A DNA stretch of 35,096 nt from a virus (lineage: Duplodnaviria; Caudoviricetes): positions 1 through 35,096 of the IMG/VR virus record IMGVR_UViG_3300005259_000015, one strand, 5' to 3'. The notes under the pieces were generated by a model. That model made no database searches, was not told the origin of the DNA, and saw only the letters and a program-made list of their open reading frames with translations. Below are positions 1 through 8,481 of this stretch, piece after piece. The translations under genes and the position numbers were made by a program. Positions within the stretch are counted from its first letter, which is position 1, and each line of letters opens with the position of its first letter.

Positions 1-40
1 GGATGTCCTTCACATTGAAATGAAAAATATAGAGGGGGGC

Positions 41-179
41 GGTGATTTTTTGGAATATTGGATTTTGCTAAAGTGTTGATTTATAGGGATTTAGAAGTTA
101 TTGAATTGCACGATTATTTGGAATAATTTGGAATTTAGGGTAAAATAGGGGTGTTTCAATTGCACGATTATTTGGAATA
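41..179 (+). repeat. Left-end transposase binding sites (putative)
   Basis: AATTGCACGATTATTTGGAATA identical at 104-125 and 158-179; partial site GATTTTTTGGAATA at 44-57. Confidence 0.8.
69..81 (-). promoter_or_regulatory. IHF-consensus site between left-end repeats
   Basis: Minus strand reads AATCAACACTTTA, matching WATCAANNNNTTR. Confidence 0.5.
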
Positions 180-309
180 GTTTATTTTTGGGCTATAATC
201 GGGGGGTGAGAGTTGGGGAAAATGACCCAAAATTTTTACCCTATTTTTCTTACGATTGACAAATTTGTCAGTCATTTTTTGAGTACCTTTTGGGGGTATT
301 TGGGATAGA

Positions 310-1242
310 TTATTCAAAATAGGCGACGGTTGTAGTTCTACATCTCCAGTGGTAGGGTGGTAATTCCATTCCCGGAGGCAGTTCGGCGGTAGATAGATTG
401 GATATTTCGGAGGCGGTGCGCCAAGGGGCGACATCTTTTATGGATGAAGGATCATCGAGTCCGAGAATAGTATCGCGGAAATCGATACCGGAGGACACTT
501 CGAAGATTTGACCATTCATTGTGAGACAGATGTCGGATGTTCTATCATCCATCACGGCACGTATTTCATATTTTATGATGCCTGCTTTTTCATATCCTGT
601 AATTTTACCGAGTTCACGAACGCGATTGGTAGTATGCTCGGCGAGACCTTCAAAATAATCAATCCCTTTATTTGTTACAGTAGAAAATTTAGATTGAATA
701 TCGGACATTACTTCCTGAATAGTTTTATCTGAGGTAAAATAAGGTTTAAGAATTTTATCAATATCATCCTGAAGCTGAGCGGTATAATAATCCTGTACCC
801 AGAAAAGATTATGATTTCCGAGAATGGCTGATGCCTCTGCATCAGCGACATCGAAAGCAAGTTTCAATCCGGTAGATTTACCAATTTCGCCAATACCAAA
901 TTTATAGATCTGTTGATTGAGAGTGAATACATCGGCGTTAACAATATCGGGAAAATCCATTCCGATTTCAGATTGAAAAATATTCTGAATGTGGTTCAAG
1001 TGATTATTATTAAAGAATAATTCGCCGATACTCTCGAGATAATCGAGTGAATGTTTTATTGCAGTCTCAATTTTTTTATCAAAAGTATTAACGAGGAGAG
1101 TATTAAGTTTCTTTAAAAGTTTCTTATATCCCTTCTCATCTTTTTGTATGATGACATACTCAAGGTTCTTGAGTTCGGATTCAAGATTTAATAAGCTATT
1201 CTTCAATTGATTTACGGATTTTACGAATTTCTTTAGCGACAT
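310..1242 (-). CDS. Phage head morphogenesis protein (MuF / SPP1 gp7 family)
   Basis: AVMDDRTSDIC and PPYHWRCRT motifs; follows portal. Track start 1335 overlaps portal by 140 bp, so ATG 1242 or TTG 1206 is more likely. Confidence 0.88.
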   Translation of the reverse strand: MSLKKFVKSVNQLKNSLLNLESELKNLEYVIIQKDEKGYKKLLKKLNTLLVNTFDKKIETAIKHSLDYLESIGELFFNNNHLNHIQNIFQSEIGMDFPDIVNADVFTLNQQIYKFGIGEIGKSTGLKLAFDVADAEASAILGNHNLFWVQDYYTAQLQDDIDKILKPYFTSDKTIQEVMSDIQSKFSTVTNKGIDYFEGLAEHTTNRVRELGKITGYEKAGIIKYEIRAVMDDRTSDICLTMNGQIFEVSSGIDFRDTILGLDDPSSIKDVAPWRTASEISNLSTAELPPGMELPPYHWRCRTTTVAYFE

Positions 1243-2617
1243 TATCGATTTGAGTTTCGATGGTTGCCGGGTCATCGGTACGAGGTTCGTAGCCGAGATA
1301 CTGACGAGCTTCGTTGTCGTCGATGATATTGGCATTAGTAAGCTCGGTTGAATATTTCACCATTTCAGAAAGTTTTTCAAATGTTAATTCTTTCGGAACG
1401 AGTTTGAATTTTGTAATACCGAATCCGAGTCTAATAATAGAATTAAGTTTATTCTGAATCTTTATTTGTTCAGGTTTAATAATAGTCTCATTCATCACTT
1501 GGAACAGATCATAATTTTCGGATGTATTTCCGAGTTTACCCGGTTTAGAAATTCCGAGTAAGGACCCGACCACACCGTGTGAAATAACGATTGAATCTGT
1601 ATTCTGATTTTGTGTCATAACGAATGATGCTTCACGTCCATCTTTTTGAATACGTTCAATTCGAATTTTCACATCAGGAGAATCCGAAGCAAGATACAGT
1701 GCCCGATTAGCATTAGCGACACCTTTATAGTTTGCAGACAGGAATTGAGTTATGGTAGATTCCTGACCTTCGCCGAGTTCGCCGCCTTCGACAATGATAG
1801 CAAAAGAAATCATCAAATCATTTTTAAAACTTCTGATATTATATTCATCTATGGTACGAGAGAGTGCAAGTTTAGCTGTTGCAGGATACCATTCAGGGAA
1901 TCCATAAAATCTATCGAACGGATTAATATTGCGCAGCAAGAGAACACAGCGTTCCTTATTTTTATCAGTAAATACAGATTCAGAAAAAATAGAAAACTGA
2001 GCAGCTTCGGATGAATTTAATAATTGGATAACGGAAAGTTTGTCAAAAAGTTTACCTTCAGTTGACTCATCATAAACGAGACGAGCTTCATAGGATGGAA
2101 AGTAATATAACTCCGACAATTCATTTTTAGCATTTTTAACAATTTCAATCAATCCAAATCCAAAATTAAGATAATCCTCTTCGGATGCTTTAAGAACATC
2201 GATTAAATATTCATCATTCTGATTTATAGGTTTACCAGTAAAATCTTCAAGTATTTTGTATTCAGCATCATTAGTAAAATCTTTAAGTCCCGGATCATTA
2301 GGTTCAATGTCAATCCCTGCACCGATAATACAATTTGCTTTAAACTTAATACAGCGAGTATGTTCGGGATTGGACTCATAGCAAAGTTTAATAAAATCAG
2401 GGTCGATATACGGGATGCGATATTTAAGAGAAATATAATCCTTAATCTTCTGACCGGATGATTTAACAACTTTAACTTTATTTCTGATTTTAACGGATGT
2501 ATCTTTTGTTTTTTCTTTTGCCAGATTGATAGAAAAAACTTTAGCCGAGACTTTACCCGGAACGGGAATAGTTTTAATCACGGGGCTTTGCGGAATTATA
2601 TTATTTTGTTTTTTCAT
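1196..2617 (-). CDS. Portal protein (PBSX/HK97-like)
   Basis: 473 aa directly after terminase; DRFYGFPEW, IVISHGV..SLLG and DNEARQYLGYEP motifs. Confidence 0.88.
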   Translation of the reverse strand: MKKQNNIIPQSPVIKTIPVPGKVSAKVFSINLAKEKTKDTSVKIRNKVKVVKSSGQKIKDYISLKYRIPYIDPDFIKLCYESNPEHTRCIKFKANCIIGAGIDIEPNDPGLKDFTNDAEYKILEDFTGKPINQNDEYLIDVLKASEEDYLNFGFGLIEIVKNAKNELSELYYFPSYEARLVYDESTEGKLFDKLSVIQLLNSSEAAQFSIFSESVFTDKNKERCVLLLRNINPFDRFYGFPEWYPATAKLALSRTIDEYNIRSFKNDLMISFAIIVEGGELGEGQESTITQFLSANYKGVANANRALYLASDSPDVKIRIERIQKDGREASFVMTQNQNTDSIVISHGVVGSLLGISKPGKLGNTSENYDLFQVMNETIIKPEQIKIQNKLNSIIRLGFGITKFKLVPKELTFEKLSEMVKYSTELTNANIIDDNEARQYLGYEPRTDDPATIETQIDNVAKEIRKIRKSIEE

Positions 2618-4101
2618 TATAGAATCTTTGAAGTAATTTTCTTTAATTTTTTTAGAATATGAGTATCAGCAATTTCAACAGCACCTGAGAGAGCATCGGG
2701 ACCATCGACAAAATCGCCATCGGGATAATCAATCAACTGTTCAATAAGTAAATTTATATCCGAATGATGCGGAGCCCGGAGGAACTTAATATATCCACGT
2801 TCAATAGGAGACGACAATCGATTAATACGAATTTCCTTTGATACTCTATTAGTAATCATTTTCAGATTCAGTCGTTTACCTCGTTTCTTTTCGAGGATTT
2901 CATAATCCTCTTTCAGTGATGACTGGAATCCATTTGCTTCGATACCATCGACGGCGGAATTTAACTCTTCCGAAATATCAAAATGAGCATCAGCTGATTT
3001 CCATTTTGATTCTTTACGGATTCGAGCGTGAATAACATAGTAAATAAGATTTTGAATATCGACAGCCAGAGCAATAGTTGCTTTAAAGCAATGCTCTTCA
3101 CCTTTAAGAGCTGACGGATCGTGATAAGTAACAACAGGGAAATTAAAATCTGCAATTTCAGACATCTCAAATTTTTGAATCCATTCTTCTTTAAAAATTG
3201 CTTCCTCATCATCGGGTTTCTGCATACGTTCGGTACGAAATGTGAATGGATCTTCCTTCTGTTCCGCAAGCAAGGATTTAAGCGGCATACGGGATTCCCA
3301 GATTGATTTCTGTTTACCTTTAGAATCTTCTGTGATTGCGGGATAAATTTTTCTAATCCAGTGATTATGTTCCGGTGAAGTAAGAAGAATATGAATAAGA
3401 GTTTTCTTTGAGAAATAATTCCCCACAAAAATAAACTGCCATTTCTTAAAATTCACACCCTTCATAACATCTTTGAGAATGTAGTTTAAACGGCGTTTAA
3501 GTATCGATTTTTTTCGGGGTGAATTTTGATTTTCAAAATCCTCAACAACAATTCTATCGGGGCGAGACGATCTATGTTTTTTACCTTTGCTTCCCATTTT
3601 GGGACCGAGGGCGAGAAACCGTTTACCTGACTTAGTGATAAAATCTTCCATAGTGCGGTACTGGGTAAGCTGTTCTCCGAAATCAGAAATAATACGTTGA
3701 TTCTCTTCGAGCTCTGCACGGATAGGCAGAAGAAATTCAGATGCGGCTGTCTCCTGAGTATCGCAAATAAAAATCGTAAACTTATTCTTTTTAAAAAGCG
3801 TTTTATGAATTTCGTCAAAGAAAGAAATAACAGTTGACTTAGCGAGTTCGCGAGTACCTGCAACAACGACCGGTTGATTATAAACATCCGACAGTTCAAA
3901 AAGTTCTTTATGCACCGGTGCGAACTCATCTTCAGTATAATGCGGGAAATAAGTTTTTGCAAAGAAAAATTTATCTTCTGAAGCACGTCTGATTCTTTCA
4001 GATTTCGATTCAGGAGTATCGTCAGAGAAATCCGTTACCGACTCACGAATCCAAGAGCGGAGTTTATCAAATTCTTTTATGAAGTCTCGTTCGTTAAGCA
4101 T
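2617..4101 (-). CDS. terL: Terminase large subunit
   Basis: Degenerate Walker A (TRELAKST), Walker B (IVVEDFE), nuclease motifs YHDPS, IEANGFQ and DGPDA. Confidence 0.92.
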   Translation of the reverse strand: MLNERDFIKEFDKLRSWIRESVTDFSDDTPESKSERIRRASEDKFFFAKTYFPHYTEDEFAPVHKELFELSDVYNQPVVVAGTRELAKSTVISFFDEIHKTLFKKNKFTIFICDTQETAASEFLLPIRAELEENQRIISDFGEQLTQYRTMEDFITKSGKRFLALGPKMGSKGKKHRSSRPDRIVVEDFENQNSPRKKSILKRRLNYILKDVMKGVNFKKWQFIFVGNYFSKKTLIHILLTSPEHNHWIRKIYPAITEDSKGKQKSIWESRMPLKSLLAEQKEDPFTFRTERMQKPDDEEAIFKEEWIQKFEMSEIADFNFPVVTYHDPSALKGEEHCFKATIALAVDIQNLIYYVIHARIRKESKWKSADAHFDISEELNSAVDGIEANGFQSSLKEDYEILEKKRGKRLNLKMITNRVSKEIRINRLSSPIERGYIKFLRAPHHSDINLLIEQLIDYPDGDFVDGPDALSGAVEIADTHILKKLKKITSKIL

Positions 4102-4583
4102 CAGTTCATATTTTTAGGTGAATATTTTTCGAGCATACGCTGTTGGAATCCGGAGAGAAGTTTATCAAATTTCACACGGAACTCATCATCGAAGATATGT
4201 TTATCGGGCGAATAATTCATAAACTGACCGAGTTCATCGACGGCGAAAATAACAGACGAGAGCCGGTCTTTTTCCTTTGACAGACTTTTAATAGACTTCA
4301 CAATTTTACAAATAGAGTCAGCGGCTTTAGCGACTTTATTGGGGTCACCGAGCTGTGCATCGAGAGAATTAATCATACGTTCGAGAGTATCGAGAAGTAT
4401 CTCAGGAGTCTTGGTGTATTTCTGCATTTTAGAATCGCGGAGTTCTTTCCACTTTTCTCTATTAATCCAATTGTAGAGAGTTGACTCCGGTATCTGCGGA
4501 AATATTTTTCTAATATCGCCACCATCTTTTCCCAACAGGAACAGTCGTTTAGCTTCAGGTTTAATTAATCTATGATCATTCAT
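4101..4583 (-). CDS. Terminase small subunit (DUF1804-like, N-terminal HTH)
   Basis: AKRLFL...STLYNWINREKWKELR pattern; translationally coupled to terL. Confidence 0.75.
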   Translation of the reverse strand: MNDHRLIKPEAKRLFLLGKDGGDIRKIFPQIPESTLYNWINREKWKELRDSKMQKYTKTPEILLDTLERMINSLDAQLGDPNKVAKAADSICKIVKSIKSLSKEKDRLSSVIFAVDELGQFMNYSPDKHIFDDEFRVKFDKLLSGFQQRMLEKYSPKNMN

Positions 4584-4789
4584 AATTTCTTATATATAAT
4601 TACTTCAATTGACTTATAGGAAAGAAAGAACTTATCGGACAGAATACGGATAGCGTTTTTAACGGGATTACGTTTCTGTCGGAGTTTTTTAAACTCATCA
4701 ATAATCTGCAAATTACGTATTTTATTCTCGTCAGCAATACCGAGCCGGCGAGCCGCTTCAATAATTTCATCTTTTTTAGTCATTGGCAT
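4580..4789 (-). CDS. Mor/C-like transcription activator
   Basis: IRNLQIIDEF...LSDKFFLSYKSIEVII resembles the Mor C-terminal HTH; near gemA. True start may be ATG 4783. Confidence 0.65.
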   Translation of the reverse strand: MPMTKKDEIIEAARRLGIADENKIRNLQIIDEFKKLRQKRNPVKNAIRILSDKFFLSYKSIEVIIYKKL

Positions 4790-4823
4790 AAAATATTATG
4801 TATAAATAAAAATGTAAACCTAT
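4790..4823 (-). promoter_or_regulatory. Late promoter for leftward packaging operon
   Basis: ATAGG-TTTACA-N17-TATTTT; 32/34 identical to 16410-16443 on the opposite strand. Confidence 0.75.
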
Positions 4824-4828
4824 ATTTT

Positions 4829-4999
4829 TCAAGGGATGATAAATTCTTTCTGCACGAGTATATACTTTCGACCATCGGCATAGAGCCGGGCGATAGCATT
4901 TGCGATGGTTCGATTACGTGCATAAATAGGTTTAACTTCTTTATTTGAATAGGTACACAGGAACAGGACTTCTTTTTTTAATTTATTATTTTGTGACAT
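4829..4999 (-). CDS. Hypothetical 56 aa protein (not in ORF track)
   Basis: Manual translation MSQNNKLKKEVLFLCTYSNK...KEFIIP*; fills the gap after gemA. Confidence 0.6.
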   Translation of the reverse strand: MSQNNKLKKEVLFLCTYSNKEVKPIYARNRTIANAIARLYADGRKYILVQKEFIIP

Positions 5000-5408
5000 T
5001 TACTTTTACTTTTGAATTTTTAAGAGTAACGATTTTTTTCAAACCAATAATTACATCTGAAGCTTCACGGATTGAAAGTTCATCGGGATTAGATTTTGAC
5101 TTAGTGGTATGACGAATAAACCCATTAATTCTATCTTTATCAAGAGAAAGTTTTGAAGCAAAGTGCATAATAGTACGATACTGTTTTTCTGTACGAAACC
5201 CAAAATTATTTGGGACGACTTTAGCGGTATTAACCAACGATTTAATGATAATATCGGCATCGGCTGAAGTACACTCTTTCAGTGACGACTTTCCGCACCA
5301 ATCCGGAAGCATATCGTGGAGGAACTCATTATCCTTACCCGCCGACTTTAGACACGCAAATACCTTTCGAATTTGCAGAGTACTTATTTTGGTGTTTTGA
5401 TTTTTCAT
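4986..5408 (-). CDS. gemA: GemA / Mu gp16 (DUF1018) family protein
   Basis: QIRKVFA...SSLKECTSADADIIIKSL and a second repeat ELSIREASDVIIGLK. Confidence 0.78.
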   Translation of the reverse strand: MKNQNTKISTLQIRKVFACLKSAGKDNEFLHDMLPDWCGKSSLKECTSADADIIIKSLVNTAKVVPNNFGFRTEKQYRTIMHFASKLSLDKDRINGFIRHTTKSKSNPDELSIREASDVIIGLKKIVTLKNSKVKVNVTK

Positions 5409-5649
5409 CGTTTTGATTTTTTAATTCAGTAAAAGAAATTTCAAACAAAAATACTTTAGCGATTTTAAACTCATCGTGTTTCTGTGACAGATAGCGGACA
5501 GTAACGGCTTCGATAATACGATTTTGAACTTCGTATTGCGGATTAACATCCATCTTATAATGCACTTCCTGAATGATAAGCGGTTTGCGAGTAAGTTTGC
5601 ACCAGACAGTTTGTCCGGGAGAAATATTTTCATTTGGGTTATTGATCAT
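5335..5649 (-). CDS. Hypothetical protein
   Basis: Co-oriented, overlapping operon packing; small beta-rich domain. Confidence 0.65.
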   Translation of the reverse strand: MINNPNENISPGQTVWCKLTRKPLIIQEVHYKMDVNPQYEVQNRIIEAVTVRYLSQKHDEFKIAKVFLFEISFTELKNQNDEKSKHQNKYSANSKGICVSKVGG

Positions 5650-5992
5650 AGTTGATATTAGTTGTTTTTTCTACCGCAGAGTTCGCAGAGTTCGCAGAGT
5701 TTTTTGCCCATTCTTGTTTGTGTTTAAGACTATAATCTTTTCTTATTATTCCACCCATTTCAAACATCCCCTCCAATATCTGTTTAAAAACGGTTGTAAG
5801 TTTCCCAATCTGCACTGCTAAATCTGATAGACATAAATTAATTTTTGTGTATTTATCCGGGATTTGTATAGAAGCAAGATTATAAAATTGTTGATTTGTC
5901 ATTTTGCTCACATACCTATATTTCGTAAATATTTTTGTTCTTTTGAACCCGAATTGTTTTTTCAAAAATCTGTATAAATGTTTGTTTCTCAT
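5639..5992 (-). CDS. Hypothetical protein with in-frame NSANSANSA repeat
   Basis: ATGA coupling with upstream ORF. Confidence 0.65.
   Translation of the reverse strand: MRNKHLYRFLKKQFGFKRTKIFTKYRYVSKMTNQQFYNLASIQIPDKYTKINLCLSDLAVQIGKLTTVFKQILEGMFEMGGIIRKDYSLKHKQEWAKNSANSANSAVEKTTNINYDQ
5673..5702 (+). repeat. 9-mer repeat family (ACCGCAGAGTTCGCAGAGTTCGCAGAGTTT)
   Basis: Identical 30 bp copy at 13818-13847; variant at 8263-8292. Confidence 0.9.
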
Positions 5993-6180
5993 TTGTTATT
6001 TCTTTTGTTTTTTAAAAAATATATTAAATCATTTAAAACCTTTCTTCTTTTGCACCGCTCCTCGTTGTTTAGAACGTATCTTTTCCCATCCACAATAAAC
6101 GGTTTGCTTAAATTACTCATTATCTTTTCTAACTCCTTAATTTTCGCATTTGTTGGGTCTACTAACATATTAGCATTCAT
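5989..6180 (-). CDS. Hypothetical protein
   Basis: Overlap-coupled in leftward operon. Confidence 0.6.
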   Translation of the reverse strand: MNANMLVDPTNAKIKELEKIMSNLSKPFIVDGKRYVLNNEERCKRRKVLNDLIYFLKNKRNNK

Positions 6181-6484
6181 TATACAATCCTTGTCTTAAA
6201 ACAAAATCGCAAATATGCACATCACCAAAACTCAGAAACCAATCCGTTACAGTATCGGATTTTAGAATATTATTAGTCCACCAAGACGGCTGTAATGGTT
6301 TACATTTCGGATAATCGTGGTTTAAAATTTTGGGATAAGCAATAATGTTCTTTTTAAATACATCAAGATTGTCAACAGTGATAATCTTCCTATCCTGCGT
6401 AGATAAAAACTCTTGAATCTCTTTCTGCAATTTATTTTTTGGATTATATTTTGCTCCTATAATAACAATGTAATATTCAGTCAT
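6170..6484 (-). CDS. Hypothetical protein
   Basis: Tightly packed in leftward operon. Confidence 0.65.
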   Translation of the reverse strand: MTEYYIVIIGAKYNPKNKLQKEIQEFLSTQDRKIITVDNLDVFKKNIIAYPKILNHDYPKCKPLQPSWWTNNILKSDTVTDWFLSFGDVHICDFVLRQGLYNEC

Positions 6485-6486
6485 TT

Positions 6487-6744
6487 TTATTTCCTTTTGG
6501 TTTTATCAAACTCCGTCCAATCAATCACGGCAAACTCTCCGAGACAGGTTTGTGTCAAAAACTTTTTCCAAGTCATCTTTAATCTTTTGGTGAAATTTTT
6601 TCCAGAAACAATAATAATATGTTTCGTGTCTTCGAGTGATGGGAGTTCATCCATACTATAAATGAAGCATCTTCCCCGTCCCCTCCAATTAACTTTAAAA
6701 ACCCAATTGGTTTTGTTTTGAGAAATTAGTCTAATATTGCTCAT
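6487..6744 (-). CDS. Hypothetical protein
   Basis: ATGA coupling to the DUF5131 gene. Confidence 0.65.
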   Translation of the reverse strand: MSNIRLISQNKTNWVFKVNWRGRGRCFIYSMDELPSLEDTKHIIIVSGKNFTKRLKMTWKKFLTQTCLGEFAVIDWTEFDKTKRK

Positions 6745-7478
6745 TTTGCATTCCTTTCGGTTTGATTTGGGAATTCTCTGATTCGCAGATGTTTTGGGAA
6801 CTTCGAAATATCTTTTTCTACTTTCCCGTTTATATTAATTTGTTTTACAAAAACAGGGACGTTTGTTCTTTTACAATCATCAATTATTTTTTCTATCCAT
6901 TCTATTTTGCAGGGTCTTTTTTGTGTTCCTGATTCGCATCCAACGATTATCCAAGCTATCCGATATAAATATTTTAAAAAACATCCGATTGATATTTCTT
7001 CCAATAACGGCTCCATTGAAATAAATAGCACTTTAGATTTAATACAATCTAAAACGAATGCATTATTTAAATCTTGGTCTGTTGATACTGAAGTTCCTAA
7101 CCAGATATTCTCTTCAAATTTACAAAACGAGCGTTGATAATATTTAAAAGCCCTCTCAGGTCGTTTAGTCAGGATTTGGAATGTATGTTTCGGATTATCA
7201 ATCATCGTATCGAATACATTATCTATAAATTCAAAAGGCACTTTTTCGTGAAACAGATCACCCATACTAACGGTAAAAACCATTTTGGGATTTCTCCATT
7301 TATAAGGTTCGGAAAGTCTTTCGGGATGCAATTTAATATCCGTAAATTTTCTATAACCCCAAAATCTTTTTGCGATACTTTCAGCGTAACAATTTTTGCA
7401 ACCCAGTGAAACTTTCTGACATCCAGAAACAGGATTCCACGTTGCATCAGTCCACGCTATTTTTGTATTACCGCTCAT
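6741..7478 (-). CDS. DUF5131 / phage Gp37-Gp68 family protein (three-Cys motif)
   Basis: TKIAWTDATWNPVSGCQKVSLGCKNCYAE, SMGDLFHE, FQILTKRPER, SMEPLL, WIIVGCESG and VPVFVKQ. Confidence 0.93.
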   Translation of the reverse strand: MSGNTKIAWTDATWNPVSGCQKVSLGCKNCYAESIAKRFWGYRKFTDIKLHPERLSEPYKWRNPKMVFTVSMGDLFHEKVPFEFIDNVFDTMIDNPKHTFQILTKRPERAFKYYQRSFCKFEENIWLGTSVSTDQDLNNAFVLDCIKSKVLFISMEPLLEEISIGCFLKYLYRIAWIIVGCESGTQKRPCKIEWIEKIIDDCKRTNVPVFVKQININGKVEKDISKFPKHLRIREFPNQTERNAK

Positions 7479-7579
7479 TATTCTTTCCCTTTATAATGTT
7501 TTGTGTTAGCGATAACGCTGATGATTATGGCGGAGCCGAAAACGGCAGCGAGTAATATTAATATGTAGAGTATTTTCAT
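7478..7579 (-). CDS. Small membrane peptide, 33 aa (not in ORF track)
   Basis: MKILYILILLAAVFGSAIIISVIANTKHYKGKE*; TAATG overlap with next gene. Confidence 0.6.
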   Translation of the reverse strand: MKILYILILLAAVFGSAIIISVIANTKHYKGKE

Positions 7580-7584
7580 TTTGT

Positions 7585-7980
7585 TTAGTTGTTAGTTGAT
7601 AGATGATAGTTGTTAGTTGTTGTCTCTCTGTGCTTGCGATTTCTTTCGTTCCCTAACTTGCGATGGAATGACAGATTGAATAGATTGAATTTATCGTAAT
7701 TGATTTTCCATAGAATATTTGGTTTATTCGAGACGGGATTTATTTTGCGTTCGCCATCAGAATACAGAATTTCGTAATCGTGAACGAGTTCATTCACGCG
7801 GGCGGTGACGATATTTATTTCAATACCGGTCTCGGCGGATATTTCGCGGAAGATAGCGGAGCCGCCATTACGGATAATGAACGAGAGAATGAGTTTGTAA
7901 TTATCGTTTAAAGACTTTTCATTCGCTATAATATCGAGATACGATTGGTTACGGGATTGAACGGGAGTAGCATTATCCAT
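7585..7980 (-). CDS. Winged-helix DNA-binding protein
   Basis: REISAETGIEINIVTARVNELV HTH pattern; C-terminus is repeat-derived. Confidence 0.7.
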   Translation of the reverse strand: MDNATPVQSRNQSYLDIIANEKSLNDNYKLILSFIIRNGGSAIFREISAETGIEINIVTARVNELVHDYEILYSDGERKINPVSNKPNILWKINYDKFNLFNLSFHRKLGNERNRKHRETTTNNYHLSTNN

Positions 7981-8015
7981 AAGTCCTCCCCCTTAATCCC
8001 CCTCCAAAGGGGGAA
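7981..8015 (+). repeat. REP-like hairpin repeat, copy 1
   Basis: AAGTCCTCCCCCTTAATCCCCCTCCAAAGGGGGAA, stem TCCCCCT/AGGGGGA; other copies at 8342, 9095, 9705, degenerate at 16268. Confidence 0.9.
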
Positions 8016-8031
8016 ATAAAAAATAGTGGAT

Positions 8032-8196
8032 TCATACTTTACCTCCATATATTAGAGCGAATGATATAAACATTCCGATGATGAGACCCAGAGCAAATAT
8101 AAGAAGCCGTGCCGGTTCGTCGTATTTCTGTTCGACGGGTTTTCTAAGAAAGTTTTTCTCGTCGAGTTCTTCTGATATTTTTTTACCTATAATCAT
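8032..8196 (-). CDS. Small membrane protein, 54 aa (not in ORF track)
   Basis: MIIGKKISEELDEK...LLIFALGLIIGMFISFALIYGGKV*. Confidence 0.6.
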   Translation of the reverse strand: MIIGKKISEELDEKNFLRKPVEQKYDEPARLLIFALGLIIGMFISFALIYGGKV

Positions 8197-8201
8197 TTTG
8201 A

Positions 8202-8376
8202 TTAGTTGTTAATTAATAGATGATAGTTGATAGATTTTAGCTGTTCGTTATTAGATTTTTTTACCACAGAGGGCACAGAGGTCGCTGAGGTTTTATTTTT
8301 ATGGATTCCTGATAGGAGCATTCGGGAATGACAAGAAAGTGAAGTCCTCCCCCTTGATCCCCCTCCAAAGGGGGAA
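8202..8376 (+). repeat. Stack of four different repeat families
   Basis: Heptamers 8202-8233, CAGAG 9-mers 8263-8292, GGATTCC..GGAATGAC palindrome 8302-8334, REP-like hairpin 8342-8376. Confidence 0.85.
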
Positions 8377-8417
8377 TATGATTCTTCATTATGAACAGCC
8401 GGGATCATAACGATTTC

Positions 8418-8452
8418 AAATGCGGGTCTGCATTGCTGAGACAGACCCGCAT
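8418..8452 (-). terminator. Terminator-like hairpin after gam
   Basis: Perfect 11 bp stem ATGCGGGTCTG/CAGACCCGCAT, 11 nt loop, short U tract. Confidence 0.6.
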
Positions 8453-8481
8453 AAAGGAGAACTAAAGCACAATTATTTTTG

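Noticed and set aside
18-23. AAATGA at 18-23 and 35089-35094 as target-site duplication
   Set aside because: Left copy is not followed by TG, and a 6-mer match in AT-rich DNA is expected by chance
168-434. 88 aa ORF at left end
   Set aside because: Overlaps MuF in another frame and runs into the end-repeat region; no recognisable features
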